From an uncultured Methylophilaceae bacterium (lineage in GTDB: Bacteria > Pseudomonadota > Gammaproteobacteria > Burkholderiales > Methylophilaceae), in the NCBI GenBank assembly GCA_903914945.1, contig CAIWQV010000015.1:10-64009 (forward strand): DNA of 64,000 nucleotides, given 5' to 3'. Both the position numbers and the translations under genes were made by a program. Of this stretch, positions 29,796 through 41,520 are shown piece by piece (position 1 is the first letter of the stretch; each line of letters opens with the position of its first letter). The notes beneath the pieces were generated by a model. That model was not told the origin of the DNA, ran no database searches, and worked only from the letters and a program-made list of their open reading frames with translations.

Positions 29796-31160
29796 TTGTT
29801 AAAAAAAATTCTATTTTTTCTGTTACTGTTTCCACATTTTCTTTTGGCTCAAACGTCAGAATTTAAACTTTCCAATGGTTTAAAAATTATCGTAAGAGAA
29901 GATCATCGGTCCCCTGTAGTGGTTTCTCAAGTTTGGTATCGAGCAGGCAGTCTTGATGAAGTAAATGGGAAGACCGGGGTTGCGCATGTGCTTGAGCATA
30001 TGATGTTTAAAGGCACCAAAAAAATTAAAGCTGGAGAATTTTCAAGGCTTATCGCACAAGCAGGCGGAAAAGAAAATGCTTTTACGGGCGCAGACTACAC
30101 TTGTTATTTCCAGCAGCTTGAAAAATCAAATCTTGAGCTTTCATTTAAACTAGAAGCCGATCGTATGGAAAATCTTAATTTATCAAAAGAAGAGTTTGAT
30201 AAGGAAATTAAGGTGGTCATGGAAGAGCGTAGATGGAGAACTGAGGATAAGCCGACAGCACAAGTCAAAGAGCAATTTGTGGCAACTGTGTTTAAGGCAC
30301 ATCCATATAGCAGGCCAGTAGTAGGATGGATGAATGATTTAGAAAATATGAATGTGGAAGATGCCCGAGAATGGTATCGAAACTGGTACGCACCTAATAA
30401 TGCAACGCTTGTGATAGTTGGTGATATTAAATCTAGCGATGTTTTAAGCTTAGCAAAGAAGTATTTTGAAAAAATCCCTGCAAAAAAAATTCCTGAAAGA
30501 AAGCCACAAAGCGAACCTAAGCAAACTGGAGAAAGAAGATCGATTATTAAAGCGCCAAGTGAATTATCCTATCTTTTAATGGGTTATCCAGTACCTACAC
30601 TTAGTGATCGAAATGGAAACAATGAAAGTTCCTGGGAGCCTTACGCTCTAGAAGTATTGTCTAGTATTCTCGCTGGCAATAGTTCATCAAGGCTTAATCA
30701 AAATATTGTGAGAAATCAACGTTTAGCAGTAAATGTAAGTGCCGGGTATGACTCAACCGCAAGAGGAAGAGTTAGTGTATTCGAATTAGAAGGAACGCCA
30801 AATGATTTTAAGAAGATTAATGAACTTGAAAATGCGTTGCTTCAAGAAATTGAGAAAATTAAAAAAGACGGTGTGACACAAGAAGAGTTAGATAGAGTCA
30901 AGGCGACTGTCATCGCAAGTGACGTATACCAAAAAGATTCAATGTTTGGCATGGCCATGGAGATCGGCCAGCTTGAAACTATGGATTATTCTTTCCACTT
31001 GAGTGATGGTTACATTGAAAAAATTAATAGTGTCACATCTGAGCAGATAAAGAATGTAGCTACAAAATATTTAATTCGAGATAATTTATCTTTAACAATC
31101 CTTGATCCTCAACCAATGACCCAGGATTTAGGTCCTAAGGGACGCCCTCATGTTCATTAA
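29796..31160 (+). CDS. M16 family zinc metallopeptidase, catalytic subunit
   Basis: Signal peptide, HVLEH (HxxEH), ENAFT and EERR motifs. Confidence 0.92.
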   Translation: MLKKILFFLLLFPHFLLAQTSEFKLSNGLKIIVREDHRSPVVVSQVWYRAGSLDEVNGKTGVAHVLEHMMFKGTKKIKAGEFSRLIAQAGGKENAFTGADYTCYFQQLEKSNLELSFKLEADRMENLNLSKEEFDKEIKVVMEERRWRTEDKPTAQVKEQFVATVFKAHPYSRPVVGWMNDLENMNVEDAREWYRNWYAPNNATLVIVGDIKSSDVLSLAKKYFEKIPAKKIPERKPQSEPKQTGERRSIIKAPSELSYLLMGYPVPTLSDRNGNNESSWEPYALEVLSSILAGNSSSRLNQNIVRNQRLAVNVSAGYDSTARGRVSVFELEGTPNDFKKINELENALLQEIEKIKKDGVTQEELDRVKATVIASDVYQKDSMFGMAMEIGQLETMDYSFHLSDGYIEKINSVTSEQIKNVATKYLIRDNLSLTILDPQPMTQDLGPKGRPHVH

Positions 31161-32454
31161 ATTCTTTCAGCTAATTTTTTTATTTTTATGTATTCAGCAA
31201 AATTCTTTTGCCACATTAAAAATTAATACATGGGAAACGCAAACTGGAGCTAAAGTTTTTTTTGTTGAAAACCACGATCTTCCCATACTTGATATCAATG
31301 TAAATTTCTTTGCAGGCAGCGCTCAAGACCCTGTGGGTAAAGAGGGTCTTGCAAATTTAACTCACCATCTCATGAATTTAGGGGCGGGAGGCATTAATGA
31401 AGAAAAGTTAGCCAATGAATTTTCAGATATTGGTGCAGCAGTTGGTGGCGATATTGATCTAGATAGAGCTTACTTTAAATTAAGAACATTAAGCTCCACC
31501 CCACAGAAAGACAAAGCACTTACTCTATTTAAATATGTAATTCATGCTCCTGATTTTCCAATTCCAGTGATAGATAGAGAAAAAAATAGAATTATTGCAA
31601 GCATCAAGCAATCAATGACGCAGCCAGAGACAATAGCTAATTTAGAATTTATGAAATCTATTTATGGCGATCATCCTTATGCTCATGATGAAGCCGGCAA
31701 TATAGACGCCTTACAAAAGTTAAACCAAGCAGACTTAAAGCAATTTTATAAAAACTATTATTTATCATCTGAAGCTTCAATTGTAATTGTTGGCGATCTC
31801 AGTACTGAGGAGGCTAAAAATTTAAGTGAATCTATCAGTCAAGGACTGCCTCAGGGAAATGTAAAACATAGTATCGGTTCTGTAACATTGCAGAATTATG
31901 TAGGGATTAAAAAAATACAGCACCCTGCAAAACAAGCGCATATTTTGATGGGCATGCCAGCATTAAAGCGTGGAGAAAAAGATTATTTTCCACTATACGT
32001 TGGTAATTATATTTTAGGCGGTGGCGGTTTTGTATCAAGACTAACAGAAGAGGTAAGAGAAAAGAAAGGGCTGGTTTACAGCGTATATAGCTATTTTATG
32101 CCACTCTTCGCTGAAGGCCCCCTCGAAATTGGCTTGCAAACTAAAAAAGAACAATCAGATGAGGCGCTTAGAATTGTAAATAGCACGATAAAAAAATTTA
32201 TTGATGAGGGGCCTAGCGAGAAAGAGCTCATTGCTGCAAAACAAAATTTAGTGGGCGGATTTCCTTTAAGACTTGATAGTAATGCAAAAATTGTCGACTA
32301 TATAAGTATGATTGCTTTCTACAAATTGCCGATTACCTATATCGACAATTATATACAGGAAATTAATAAAGTTAGCACTGAACAAATAAAGGCTGCATTT
32401 AAAAAGAAAATTGATCCTAATAAACTTACAACGATCATTGTGGGTGCAGAATAG
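31150..32454 (+). CDS. M16 family peptidase, non-catalytic partner subunit
   Basis: No HxxEH; LGGGGFVSRL..EVREKKGLVY motif. Confidence 0.88.
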   Translation: MFIKFFQLIFLFLCIQQNSFATLKINTWETQTGAKVFFVENHDLPILDINVNFFAGSAQDPVGKEGLANLTHHLMNLGAGGINEEKLANEFSDIGAAVGGDIDLDRAYFKLRTLSSTPQKDKALTLFKYVIHAPDFPIPVIDREKNRIIASIKQSMTQPETIANLEFMKSIYGDHPYAHDEAGNIDALQKLNQADLKQFYKNYYLSSEASIVIVGDLSTEEAKNLSESISQGLPQGNVKHSIGSVTLQNYVGIKKIQHPAKQAHILMGMPALKRGEKDYFPLYVGNYILGGGGFVSRLTEEVREKKGLVYSVYSYFMPLFAEGPLEIGLQTKKEQSDEALRIVNSTIKKFIDEGPSEKELIAAKQNLVGGFPLRLDSNAKIVDYISMIAFYKLPITYIDNYIQEINKVSTEQIKAAFKKKIDPNKLTTIIVGAE

Positions 32455-32457
32455 TTT

Positions 32458-33004
32458 TTGAAGACCACTAAAAATCAAATAAAAATTATTGGTGGTCAAT
32501 GGAAAAGAAAGAATGTTTCTTTTATTGACGCCCCTGGATTGAGACCTACACCAAGCAGAGTTAGAGAAACTTTATTTAATTGGTTGGATCAAGATTTGAC
32601 AGGTAAAATTTGCTTAGACCTCTTTTCAGGTTCTGGTGTCATTGGATTTGAAGCACTTTCTCGAGGTGCTCGCAGTGTCACTATGGTCGAGAAATCCCCT
32701 CAAGTTTTTAAAATGATCCAAGAAAATAAAAAACTTCTTCAAGCGGAAAAGGCAGATCTTGAATTTATGGATGCGCTTATATTTCTTCATAAAAATGTGA
32801 CTAAGTTTGATATTATTTTTTGTGACCCACCTTTTAATGAGGGCTGGGAAACTAAATTATTTCCTCAATTAGCTAACCATTTAACAAAGGATGGGCTAAT
32901 ATACTTTGAATCAGAAACTGATATAAAAGAACATAATGTATTTAATCTTTTAAAAAAAAGAAAAGCAGGCAATGTTTTTTATCACCTTGTTACATTGAAA
33001 AATA

Positions 33005-33018
<14 letters not shown>
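32458..33018 (+). CDS. rsmD: 16S rRNA m2G966 methyltransferase
   Basis: IIGG, LRPT..RVRETLFNW, DLFSGSG and DPPF motifs. Confidence 0.94.
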
Positions 33019-33756
<738 letters not shown>

Positions 33757-33758
33757 GG

Positions 33759-34148
33759 ATGCGTGTTCTTCATACGATGATTCGCGTATCTGACCTAGAA
33801 AAATCTCTAGCGTTTTATACTGATATTTTAGGAATGAAACTTTTAAGGCGGCATGAATATCCTGACGGAAAATTTACTTTAGCCTTTGTAGGATTCGGAG
33901 ATGAAAAAGATCATGCTGTGATCGAGCTTACTTATAACTGGGGTGTGACAACATATGATAAAGGTAATGCTTTTGGGCATGTTGCAATTGAAGTTGAAGA
34001 TGCATATAAAGCTTGTGAATCAATTAAAGCTAAGGGTGGAAAAGTTATTCGAGAAGCTGGCCCTATGCAACATGGGTCAACCGTAATTGCTTTTATTGAG
34101 GATCCAGATGGCTATAAAATTGAATTAATTCAGGCAGGCACATTTTAA
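33759..34148 (+). CDS. gloA: Lactoylglutathione lyase (glyoxalase I)
   Basis: [20 protein letters not shown] and DPDGYKIE motifs. Confidence 0.96.
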   Translation: MRVLHTMIRVSDLEKSLAFYTDILGMKLLRRHEYPDGKFTLAFVGFGDEKDHAVIELTYNWGVTTYDKGNAFGHVAIEVEDAYKACESIKAKGGKVIREAGPMQHGSTVIAFIEDPDGYKIELIQAGTF

Positions 34149-35270
34149 TTAATCAAATAAGTCTTTCATTTTATCAAGCCAACCTTTTGATTTTGGACTA
34201 TGTTTACCTCGATCTAATTGATTGATCTCTTCAAGTTCTTGTAATAATTCTTTTTGTCTGTCCGTTAGTTTTACTGGGGTTTCTATAGAAACATGACAAT
34301 GCAGATCGCCAGGCGAACTTTGTCTTAACGGCTTAATGCCTTTGCCTTTTAATCTAAATACGGCACCTGTTTGAGTTTCAGCAGGAATTTTCATTTTTGC
34401 ATGACCGTCTAAAGTTGGTACCTCAATTTCGCCACCAAGCGCAGCAGTTGTAAAGCTGATTGGCATTTCGCAATGTAAATTTCCACCATCACGTTCAAAA
34501 AAATCATGCTTTTTAAGATGAACTACGACATAAAGATCTCCTGGCGGGCCGCCATTAATGCCAGACTCGCCTTCACCTGATAATCGAATACGATCACCTT
34601 CATCTACGCCTGCAGGAATTTTAACGGAGAGCGTTTTGTTTTGTTTGACACGACTAGCCCCATGACAAGTTGTGCATGGCTCCTTGATAATTTTCCCTGT
34701 ACCGTGGCACTTGGGACATGTTTGTTGCACAGAAAAAAATCCTTGTTGCATTCGGACTTGACCATGGCCATGACATGTATCACATGAAACAGGTTGTGTA
34801 CCTGGCTTGGCACCAGTGCCTTTACATGGCTCACAAGAGGTCATGACAGGAATGCGTATTTTTGTTTCCGTACCTTTTGCCGCATCTTCAAGACTAACTT
34901 CCATGTTGTAACGAAGATCGGCTCCTCGATACACATTAGATTTTTGACCACTACGGCCACCGCTAAAAATATCACCAAAAATATCACCAAAGGCATCATT
35001 AAAGTCTGAAAATCCTGCAGACCCTTGACCACCCATGCTTGGGTCTACACCTGCATGACCGAACTGGTCGTAACTTGCTCTTTTTTGTGAGTCCGAAAGT
35101 ATTTCATAAGCCTCTTTGGCTTCTTTAAAACTTTCTTCGGCTTTTGGATTATCAGGGTTGCGATCAGGATGGAGTTTCATCGCAAGTTTACGATAAGCTT
35201 TTTTTAGTTCCTCTTCTGAAGCGTCACGAGATACACCAAGAATCTCGTAATAATCTTTTTTGGTTGCCAT
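34149..35270 (-). CDS. dnaJ: Chaperone DnaJ
   Basis: J-domain HPD, G/F region, CxxCxGxG repeats. Confidence 0.98.
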   Translation of the reverse strand: MATKKDYYEILGVSRDASEEELKKAYRKLAMKLHPDRNPDNPKAEESFKEAKEAYEILSDSQKRASYDQFGHAGVDPSMGGQGSAGFSDFNDAFGDIFGDIFSGGRSGQKSNVYRGADLRYNMEVSLEDAAKGTETKIRIPVMTSCEPCKGTGAKPGTQPVSCDTCHGHGQVRMQQGFFSVQQTCPKCHGTGKIIKEPCTTCHGASRVKQNKTLSVKIPAGVDEGDRIRLSGEGESGINGGPPGDLYVVVHLKKHDFFERDGGNLHCEMPISFTTAALGGEIEVPTLDGHAKMKIPAETQTGAVFRLKGKGIKPLRQSSPGDLHCHVSIETPVKLTDRQKELLQELEEINQLDRGKHSPKSKGWLDKMKDLFD

Positions 35271-35281
35271 GGTATTTTTTC

Positions 35282-35322
35282 AAAAAACTAAACAACATAA
35301 GAAATTCTAATGTTGTTTTAGT
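35282..35322 (-). terminator. Terminator/attenuator between dnaK and dnaJ
   Basis: AAACAACAT...ATGTTGTTT stem followed by a T-run on the minus strand. Confidence 0.6.
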
Positions 35323-35331
35323 GGTTGTAAG

Positions 35332-37260
35332 TTATTTATCTTTTTTATCTTGTTTTACTTCTTCAAATTCAGCATCTACAACTTCAGCATCCACTGTTTT
35401 TTCCTCTTGAGGAGCAGCGCCAGAGCCAGGTTGTTGTGCTTGTTGTTCAGCATATATTTTTTCACCTAGCTTTTGTGATGCATCCATAAGCTCTTTTGTT
35501 TTAGTCTCAATCTCTTCTTTGTTGTCAGATTTTAAGGATTCTTCTAAAGATTTTATCGCGGCTTCAATTTTTTCTTTTTCTGCGGCGTCTAATTTATCCC
35601 CATGGTCAGTGATCGATTTTTTTACTGAGTGAACCATTCCATCCGCAGAGTTTTTAGCGTCTACAAGCTCTCGAATTTTACGGTCTTCATCCGCATATTT
35701 AATCGCATCTTCTTCCATTTTTTTAATTTCTTCTTCACTGAGTCCGCTATTCGCTTTAATCGTAATCTTATTTTCCTTGCCAGTAGCTTTATCTTTAGCA
35801 GACACATGCAGGATACCGTTTGCATCGATATCGAATGTTACTTCAATTTGCGGCATACCTCTTTGTGCTGGAGGTATATCAGTCAAATTAAATTGACCTA
35901 AACTTTTATTGCCTGAAGCCACTTCACGTTCACCTTGCAGCACATGAATTGTCACAGCATTTTGGTTATCTTCCGCTGTTGAGAATACTTGAGATGCTTT
36001 GGTAGGAATTGTTGTGTTTTTCTTGATAAGTTTAGTCATAACACTTCCTAGCGTTTCAATACCTAAACTTAACGGAGTAACATCAAGAAGCAATACATCT
36101 TTTACATCGCCTTGAAGAACGCCGCCCTGAATTGCTGCGCCCACAGCAACTGCTTCATCGGGATTCACATCTTTTCTGGGCTCTTTACCAAAGATATCTT
36201 TTACTTTTTCTTGGACTTTAGGCATACGACTTTGTCCGCCCACTAAAATAATGTCTGCGATGTCGCTACCAGAAACGCCAGCATCCTTCATTGCAATTTT
36301 ACAAGGCTCAATAGTTCTTTCGATCAGATCATCAACAAGAGATTCAAATTTTGCTCGGGTGATTTTAACGACAAGATGTTTTGGGCCGCTTGCGTCAGCT
36401 GTAATGTAAGGAAGATTAACTTCAGTTTGTTGACTACTTGAAAGTTCAATCTTTGCTTTTTCAGCTGCCTCTTTTAGACGCTGTTTAGCTAGCAAGTCTT
36501 TTCTTAGGTCGAGCCCATTTTCTTTTTTAAACTCATCTGCTAAGAAGTCTATTAAGCGGTTATCAAAGTCTTCACCACCAAGGAATGTATCTCCGTTAGT
36601 AGAAAGCACTTCGAATTGATGTTCGCCATCAACTGTAGAAATTTCAATGATAGATACGTCGAACGTTCCGCCACCTAAATCGTAGACTGCAATCTTTCGA
36701 TCACCTTCTTGTTTATCTAAACCAAAAGCAAGGGCTGCTGCAGTAGGCTCATTGATAATACGTTTAACTTCAAGGCCTGCGATTCGACCGGCATCCTTAG
36801 TTGCTTGACGTTGACTATCATTAAAGTAAGCAGGAACTGTAATGACGGCTTCCGTAACTTCTTCGCCCAAATAGTCTTCAGCAGTTTTTTTCATTTTTCG
36901 TAAAACTTCAGCTGAAATTTGCGGCGGAGCCATTTTTTGATCGCGCACTGTTACCCATGCGTCACCATTGTCTGCCTTTGAAATTTCATATGGCATTAAA
37001 CCAATATCTTTTTGCACTTCTTTTTCTTCAAAACGGCGGCCAATTAATCGCTTAACAGCAAATAATGTATTTTTTGGATTCGTTACTGCCTGTCTTTTTG
37101 CTGGTGCACCGACTAAAATTTCGCCATCATCTTGATAAGCAATAATTGAAGGGGTAGTTCTAGCGCCTTCTGCATTTTCAATCACTTTAGGCTTGCCGCC
37201 TTCCATGACAGCTACACAAGAGTTTGTTGTTCCTAAGTCAATACCGATAATTTTAGCCAT
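35332..37260 (-). CDS. dnaK: Chaperone DnaK
   Basis: [17 protein letters not shown] and VNPDEAVA motifs. Confidence 0.99.
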   Translation of the reverse strand: MAKIIGIDLGTTNSCVAVMEGGKPKVIENAEGARTTPSIIAYQDDGEILVGAPAKRQAVTNPKNTLFAVKRLIGRRFEEKEVQKDIGLMPYEISKADNGDAWVTVRDQKMAPPQISAEVLRKMKKTAEDYLGEEVTEAVITVPAYFNDSQRQATKDAGRIAGLEVKRIINEPTAAALAFGLDKQEGDRKIAVYDLGGGTFDVSIIEISTVDGEHQFEVLSTNGDTFLGGEDFDNRLIDFLADEFKKENGLDLRKDLLAKQRLKEAAEKAKIELSSSQQTEVNLPYITADASGPKHLVVKITRAKFESLVDDLIERTIEPCKIAMKDAGVSGSDIADIILVGGQSRMPKVQEKVKDIFGKEPRKDVNPDEAVAVGAAIQGGVLQGDVKDVLLLDVTPLSLGIETLGSVMTKLIKKNTTIPTKASQVFSTAEDNQNAVTIHVLQGEREVASGNKSLGQFNLTDIPPAQRGMPQIEVTFDIDANGILHVSAKDKATGKENKITIKANSGLSEEEIKKMEEDAIKYADEDRKIRELVDAKNSADGMVHSVKKSITDHGDKLDAAEKEKIEAAIKSLEESLKSDNKEEIETKTKELMDASQKLGEKIYAEQQAQQPGSGAAPQEEKTVDAEVVDAEFEEVKQDKKDK

Positions 37261-37301
37261 TTTTTTTCCTTAAAAAATCTGTTTAATTTCATAAATCTAT
37301 A

Positions 37302-37327
37302 ATTGGGATGATCTTGAATATTTCAAG
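37302..37327 (-). promoter_or_regulatory. Sigma-32 promoter of dnaK
   Basis: CTTGAA-N14-CCCAAT on the minus strand. Confidence 0.75.
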
Positions 37328-37330
37328 AGC

Positions 37331-37861
37331 TTATGTATTTTTAGTTTTTGAGACTGTTACCAAAGCCGGTCTTATAACCCTTTCGTTCAATAGGTAGCCT
37401 TTTTGAAGTACTGTTAAAATTTTATTTGGTTCTTCTTCTGATTCCACCATGCTAATCGCCTGATGTTGATTGGGATCGAATTTTTCACCTAATGCATTAA
37501 TCTCGTTGATGCCAAACTTCTCAAATACGTTGATGAGTTGTTTTTGTGTAAGCTCAACGCCATTCTTATAGCTTTCCAAGTTCGCATTTTCAACAGCAAG
37601 GGCAGCATCAAGGCTATCTTTGACAGAAAGTAATTCGCCACTAAATCTTTCTAATGCAAATTTTCTAGCTTTATCAATATCATCAATAGAGCGTTTTCGT
37701 ATGTTTTCACCCTCAGCTTTGACATAAAGAATCTGCGCTTCAGCTTCGGCTAACTTTTCCTCCAGAAGTTTTATTTTTTCTTCTGGACTGCTTAAAGCTG
37801 ATGGGCCTGAATGATTTTCTAAGTCATCTTCAGATGCATTGTTTTTATCTTCTGCGTTCAT
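37331..37861 (-). CDS. grpE: Nucleotide exchange factor GrpE
   Basis: FDPNQHQA and QKGYLLNERVIRPALV motifs; upstream of dnaK. Confidence 0.96.
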   Translation of the reverse strand: MNAEDKNNASEDDLENHSGPSALSSPEEKIKLLEEKLAEAEAQILYVKAEGENIRKRSIDDIDKARKFALERFSGELLSVKDSLDAALAVENANLESYKNGVELTQKQLINVFEKFGINEINALGEKFDPNQHQAISMVESEEEPNKILTVLQKGYLLNERVIRPALVTVSKTKNT

Positions 37862-37908
37862 ATTTTTACCTTTTAAATCTTTTGAAAATATTGCGGGTTA
37901 GAACAAAT

Positions 37909-37934
37909 TTGGGGGTGAAGTACTAAATTTCAAG
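37909..37934 (-). promoter_or_regulatory. Sigma-32 promoter of grpE
   Basis: CTTGAA-N14-CCCCAA on the minus strand. Confidence 0.75.
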
Positions 37935-37943
37935 GGGTAGAAG

Positions 37944-38903
37944 TTAAATAATTGCTTCAATTTGAGAAATCGTAGATTCAGGGGTAGGAATCATACCAAT
38001 TTCTCCTAGATTTACTGATGGCACTTTAATGTTCGGGTAAACGCCGTTGAGATAAGGATTACTATCCATATAAAGACCGACAGTTGGGATGCCTAAGGCA
38101 TTGCCAAGATGCGTTAGCCCAGAATCAACACCTATGACACATTTAGCCCCAGAAATAATATTTGCGAGGTTGCTAATATTCATTTTAGGTAACACCAAAG
38201 AATTGGTTGAGGCTTTGCGAAGTGCTTTTGAAAAATGATATTCGTCAAGACTTCCCCATGGCAAAAGTACCCTTAAGCCTAAAACATTAAAAAATTGAAT
38301 GACTTTGAGCCAATGCTCCATAGGCCACTGCTTTGATTTTTTGCTCGAACCGTGAATTAGAACGACATAGCGCTCCGAAAGATTAAAGTTATTAATATTA
38401 TGAATCTCTAATCCAAAATGAGCTGACTGATCTAATAACTCGTATTGAAAACATTTAGAAGCTAATTCTCGATTGCGAACAACTGCATGAATTTGCTTTG
38501 ATACTGTATGAGTGTGCTTATAAAAGTAAGAGGCGGCTGCTTCTCGGATAGAGGCTTTATCAAAACCATGAATATCGCCACGAGTAAATAAAGTAAAAAA
38601 AGCACTTTTTAAAAGGCCTTGAAAATCAATAATGATGTCGTAATGATTTTCTCGGATAGCTTTAATGGCTTTATAAAGCCCAGTCCACGTTGATTTTTCC
38701 CCAAGATTTTTTTTCCAAGATCTAAGGGAGATTGTGATTACAGAGTTAACTCCTGGATGAATTCTTGGCACATCTGCGAAAGATTCTTCTACTAGCCAAT
38801 CAATAGTGCTCTCAGGAACAAAATATTTAATATCATTAATCACAGGCAAACAGTGAATAATATCCCCTAGCGAAGATGTTTTAATGATAAGTATACGAAC
38901 CAT
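37944..38903 (-). CDS. waaC: LPS heptosyltransferase I
   Basis: ILIIKTSSLGDIIH, DFQGLLKSA, LLPWGS and GVDSGLTHL motifs (GT9). Confidence 0.9.
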   Translation of the reverse strand: MVRILIIKTSSLGDIIHCLPVINDIKYFVPESTIDWLVEESFADVPRIHPGVNSVITISLRSWKKNLGEKSTWTGLYKAIKAIRENHYDIIIDFQGLLKSAFFTLFTRGDIHGFDKASIREAAASYFYKHTHTVSKQIHAVVRNRELASKCFQYELLDQSAHFGLEIHNINNFNLSERYVVLIHGSSKKSKQWPMEHWLKVIQFFNVLGLRVLLPWGSLDEYHFSKALRKASTNSLVLPKMNISNLANIISGAKCVIGVDSGLTHLGNALGIPTVGLYMDSNPYLNGVYPNIKVPSVNLGEIGMIPTPESTISQIEAII

Positions 38904-38970
38904 ATAGAGAATTTTCTCATATAAATCAATGCCTATAAATGATTTATATAATTAATTCATATTTAATCGT

Positions 38971-39000
38971 TTGACGCTTACTGAGTGTTTCTAGGATAAT
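38971..39000 (+). promoter_or_regulatory. Putative sigma-70 promoter of edd-eda
   Basis: TTGACG-N18-GATAAT. Confidence 0.5.
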
Positions 39001-39048
39001 CTGTCATATAAAGAAGTTTTTATTCATTCAACATAACGAATCTATTTA

Positions 39049-40863
39049 ATGAAACATTCCATAGTCGAAATTACAGAGAGAATTAAAGAAAAAAGTAGGC
39101 CAACACGCATTGCTTATTTGGCTCGTATTGATACCATGCTTCAAAGACAGCGCGGAGCAGATCGCCTAGGCTGCGCTAATGTAGCGCATGCGATCGCAGC
39201 TCTTCCTAAAAATGATAAATTAAGAATTGTTAGTGAAAAGAAACCTAACATTGCGATTGTGACGGCTTATAACGATATGCTTTCAGCACATAAGCCTTAT
39301 GAAAATTATCCTTCAATAATTCGCGATGAAGCAAATAAGCTAGACGCTACTGCTCAGGTAGCTGGAGGCGTGCCCGCTATGTGCGATGGTATTACTCAAG
39401 GTGAGCCAGGCATGGAGTTAAGTTTATTTTCTCGAGATACTATTGCGATGTCTTCAGCAATTGCTTTATCACATGACGTTTTTGATGGCGCATTGATGTT
39501 AGGTATTTGCGACAAGATTGTCCCTGGCTTATTAATCGGTGCTTTGCATTTTGGACATTTACCTACAATCTTTGTTCCAGCAGGACCAATGTCTACCGGA
39601 ATCGACAATACTTCAAAATCTAAAGTGCGTGAAAAATATGCGCAAGGATTAGTAGGGCGCGAAGAATTACTAGCCTCTGAGTCCGCTGCTTATCATGGAG
39701 AAGGCACGTGCACATTTTATGGTACTGCAAATAGTAATCAAATGCTGATGGAAGCTATGGGGCTTCATGTTCCAGGCGCTGCCTTCATTCATCCGCGTGA
39801 CGATATCAGAGAAGAAATTACTCGAGAGTCGGTAAAATCACTTTTAAATATTATTAAAAATAAATATAACAAGCCTATTGGTAAGTTAGTAGATGAGCGA
39901 GTTATAGTCAATGCGATGGCAGCATTACTAGCAACAGGTGGATCGACAAATCATCTTATTCATTGGGTTGCAATTGCAAGAGCCGCAGGAATTATTATTG
40001 ACTGGACAGATTTCCATGATCTAGCAAAATCAACGCCATTGTTAGCCAGCGTTTATCCAAATGGAAAAGCTGATGTCAATGAATTTCAAACTGCAGGCGG
40101 CCCAGCATTTGTGATTCGCGAGCTCATTGAGGCTGGGTGTATGTATCCAGATGTAATGACTATGAGCGAAGGCGGCTTAAAAGAATATACAAAAAAACCT
40201 AGCAAAGAAAATGGAAAAATTATTTGGACTGATCTTCCTAAAAAAAGTGGCGACGAAACTATTGTCAGAACTGCAGACAATCCATTCAGTGAATCGGGTG
40301 GACTTAAATTATTGAATGGTAATCTTGGACGCTCAGTAATTAAAATATCTGCGGTACCAGAAGATCGTTACATTATCGAAGGCCCTGCAATTATTTTTGA
40401 TACACAAGAAGAGCTTCTAAGTGCATTCGATCGAGGCGAGCTTGAAAAAGATTTTGTAGCAGTCGTTAGGTTCCAGGGACCTAAAGCAAATGGAATGCCG
40501 GAGCTGCATAAACTTACGCCACCTTTAGCTGTGCTTCAAAACAAAGGGTTTAAAGTAGCGATAGTTACAGACGGCAGAATGAGTGGGGCCTCTGGAAAAA
40601 TTCCAGCTGCGATTCATTTAAGCCCAGAGGCGTCAGCAAATGGACCTATTGCAAAAATCCGTAATGGCGATACGATTCGATTGAATGCTTTGGTAGGCAC
40701 TCTTAATGTATTAGTTGATGAAGATACATGGCATGAAAGAGAATGCGAAGCGCTCTCAGACAAACTTAGAAATGATAATTCCCATGATATTGGCCGCGAG
40801 TTATTTGCCGGTATGAGAAAAAATGTGCTGTCTGCCGAAGAAGGAGCAGTCACATGGCTTTAA
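39049..40863 (+). CDS. edd: 6-phosphogluconate dehydratase
   Basis: YNDMLSAH, GGVPAMCDG, GTCTFYGTAN, GMPELHKL and TDGRMSGASG motifs; adjacent to eda. Confidence 0.96.
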   Translation: MKHSIVEITERIKEKSRPTRIAYLARIDTMLQRQRGADRLGCANVAHAIAALPKNDKLRIVSEKKPNIAIVTAYNDMLSAHKPYENYPSIIRDEANKLDATAQVAGGVPAMCDGITQGEPGMELSLFSRDTIAMSSAIALSHDVFDGALMLGICDKIVPGLLIGALHFGHLPTIFVPAGPMSTGIDNTSKSKVREKYAQGLVGREELLASESAAYHGEGTCTFYGTANSNQMLMEAMGLHVPGAAFIHPRDDIREEITRESVKSLLNIIKNKYNKPIGKLVDERVIVNAMAALLATGGSTNHLIHWVAIARAAGIIIDWTDFHDLAKSTPLLASVYPNGKADVNEFQTAGGPAFVIRELIEAGCMYPDVMTMSEGGLKEYTKKPSKENGKIIWTDLPKKSGDETIVRTADNPFSESGGLKLLNGNLGRSVIKISAVPEDRYIIEGPAIIFDTQEELLSAFDRGELEKDFVAVVRFQGPKANGMPELHKLTPPLAVLQNKGFKVAIVTDGRMSGASGKIPAAIHLSPEASANGPIAKIRNGDTIRLNALVGTLNVLVDEDTWHERECEALSDKLRNDNSHDIGRELFAGMRKNVLSAEEGAVTWL

Positions 40864-40878
40864 TAATATAAGGACAAT

Positions 40879-41505
40879 ATGAAAACATTAGATTTAGCAA
40901 ATTATGGACCAGTCATACCAGTTATTGTGATTGATAAAGTTGAAGATGCAGTCCCTATGGCAGAAGCTCTTCTGGAGGGCGGTATTAAAGTTTTAGAAGT
41001 AACTTTAAGAACTGCATGTGCCATTGAGGCCATGGATAGAATTATTAAACATTTACCCGAGGCTATTGTGGGCGCTGGCACAGTAAGAACCAAAGCAGAT
41101 GCTTCAGCTGCAAAATCTATTGGCTGTCAGTTTGCGGTGAGTCCAGGCTATACAAGCGAAATAGGAAAGCATTGCTTGGATATTGGATTACCTCTATTAC
41201 CTGGAGTGTCCACAGGTAGTGAAGTGATGATGGCCAACAATGATGGTTATTATTTTTTAAAACTTTTCCCAGCAGTTGCCGTAGGTGGTATTAATCTTTT
41301 AAAAGGTTTTGCAGGTCCTTTTTCGGATGTTAAGTTTTGTCCAACAGGCGGTGTAACTGTTCAGTCAGCGTCAGACTTTTTAAGTCTTCCTAATGTGCCT
41401 GTCTGTGGCGGAACTTGGCTAACTCCAAAAGACCTTGTTGCAAATAAAAATTGGGTTGAAATTACAAAACTGGCAAAAGAAGCCAGTGCGATTAAACGTC
41501 CATAG
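40879..41505 (+). CDS. eda: KDPG/KHG aldolase
   Basis: LEVTLRT, VGAGTV, FAVSPG, KLFPA and FCPTGG motifs. Confidence 0.96.
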   Translation: MKTLDLANYGPVIPVIVIDKVEDAVPMAEALLEGGIKVLEVTLRTACAIEAMDRIIKHLPEAIVGAGTVRTKADASAAKSIGCQFAVSPGYTSEIGKHCLDIGLPLLPGVSTGSEVMMANNDGYYFLKLFPAVAVGGINLLKGFAGPFSDVKFCPTGGVTVQSASDFLSLPNVPVCGGTWLTPKDLVANKNWVEITKLAKEASAIKRP

Positions 41506-41520
41506 CATTATTAAAAAATA

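Noticed and set aside
31150-32454. Second M16 gene lacking HxxEH as a pseudogene
   Set aside because: The ORF is intact, and non-catalytic partners are normal for heterodimeric M16B peptidases
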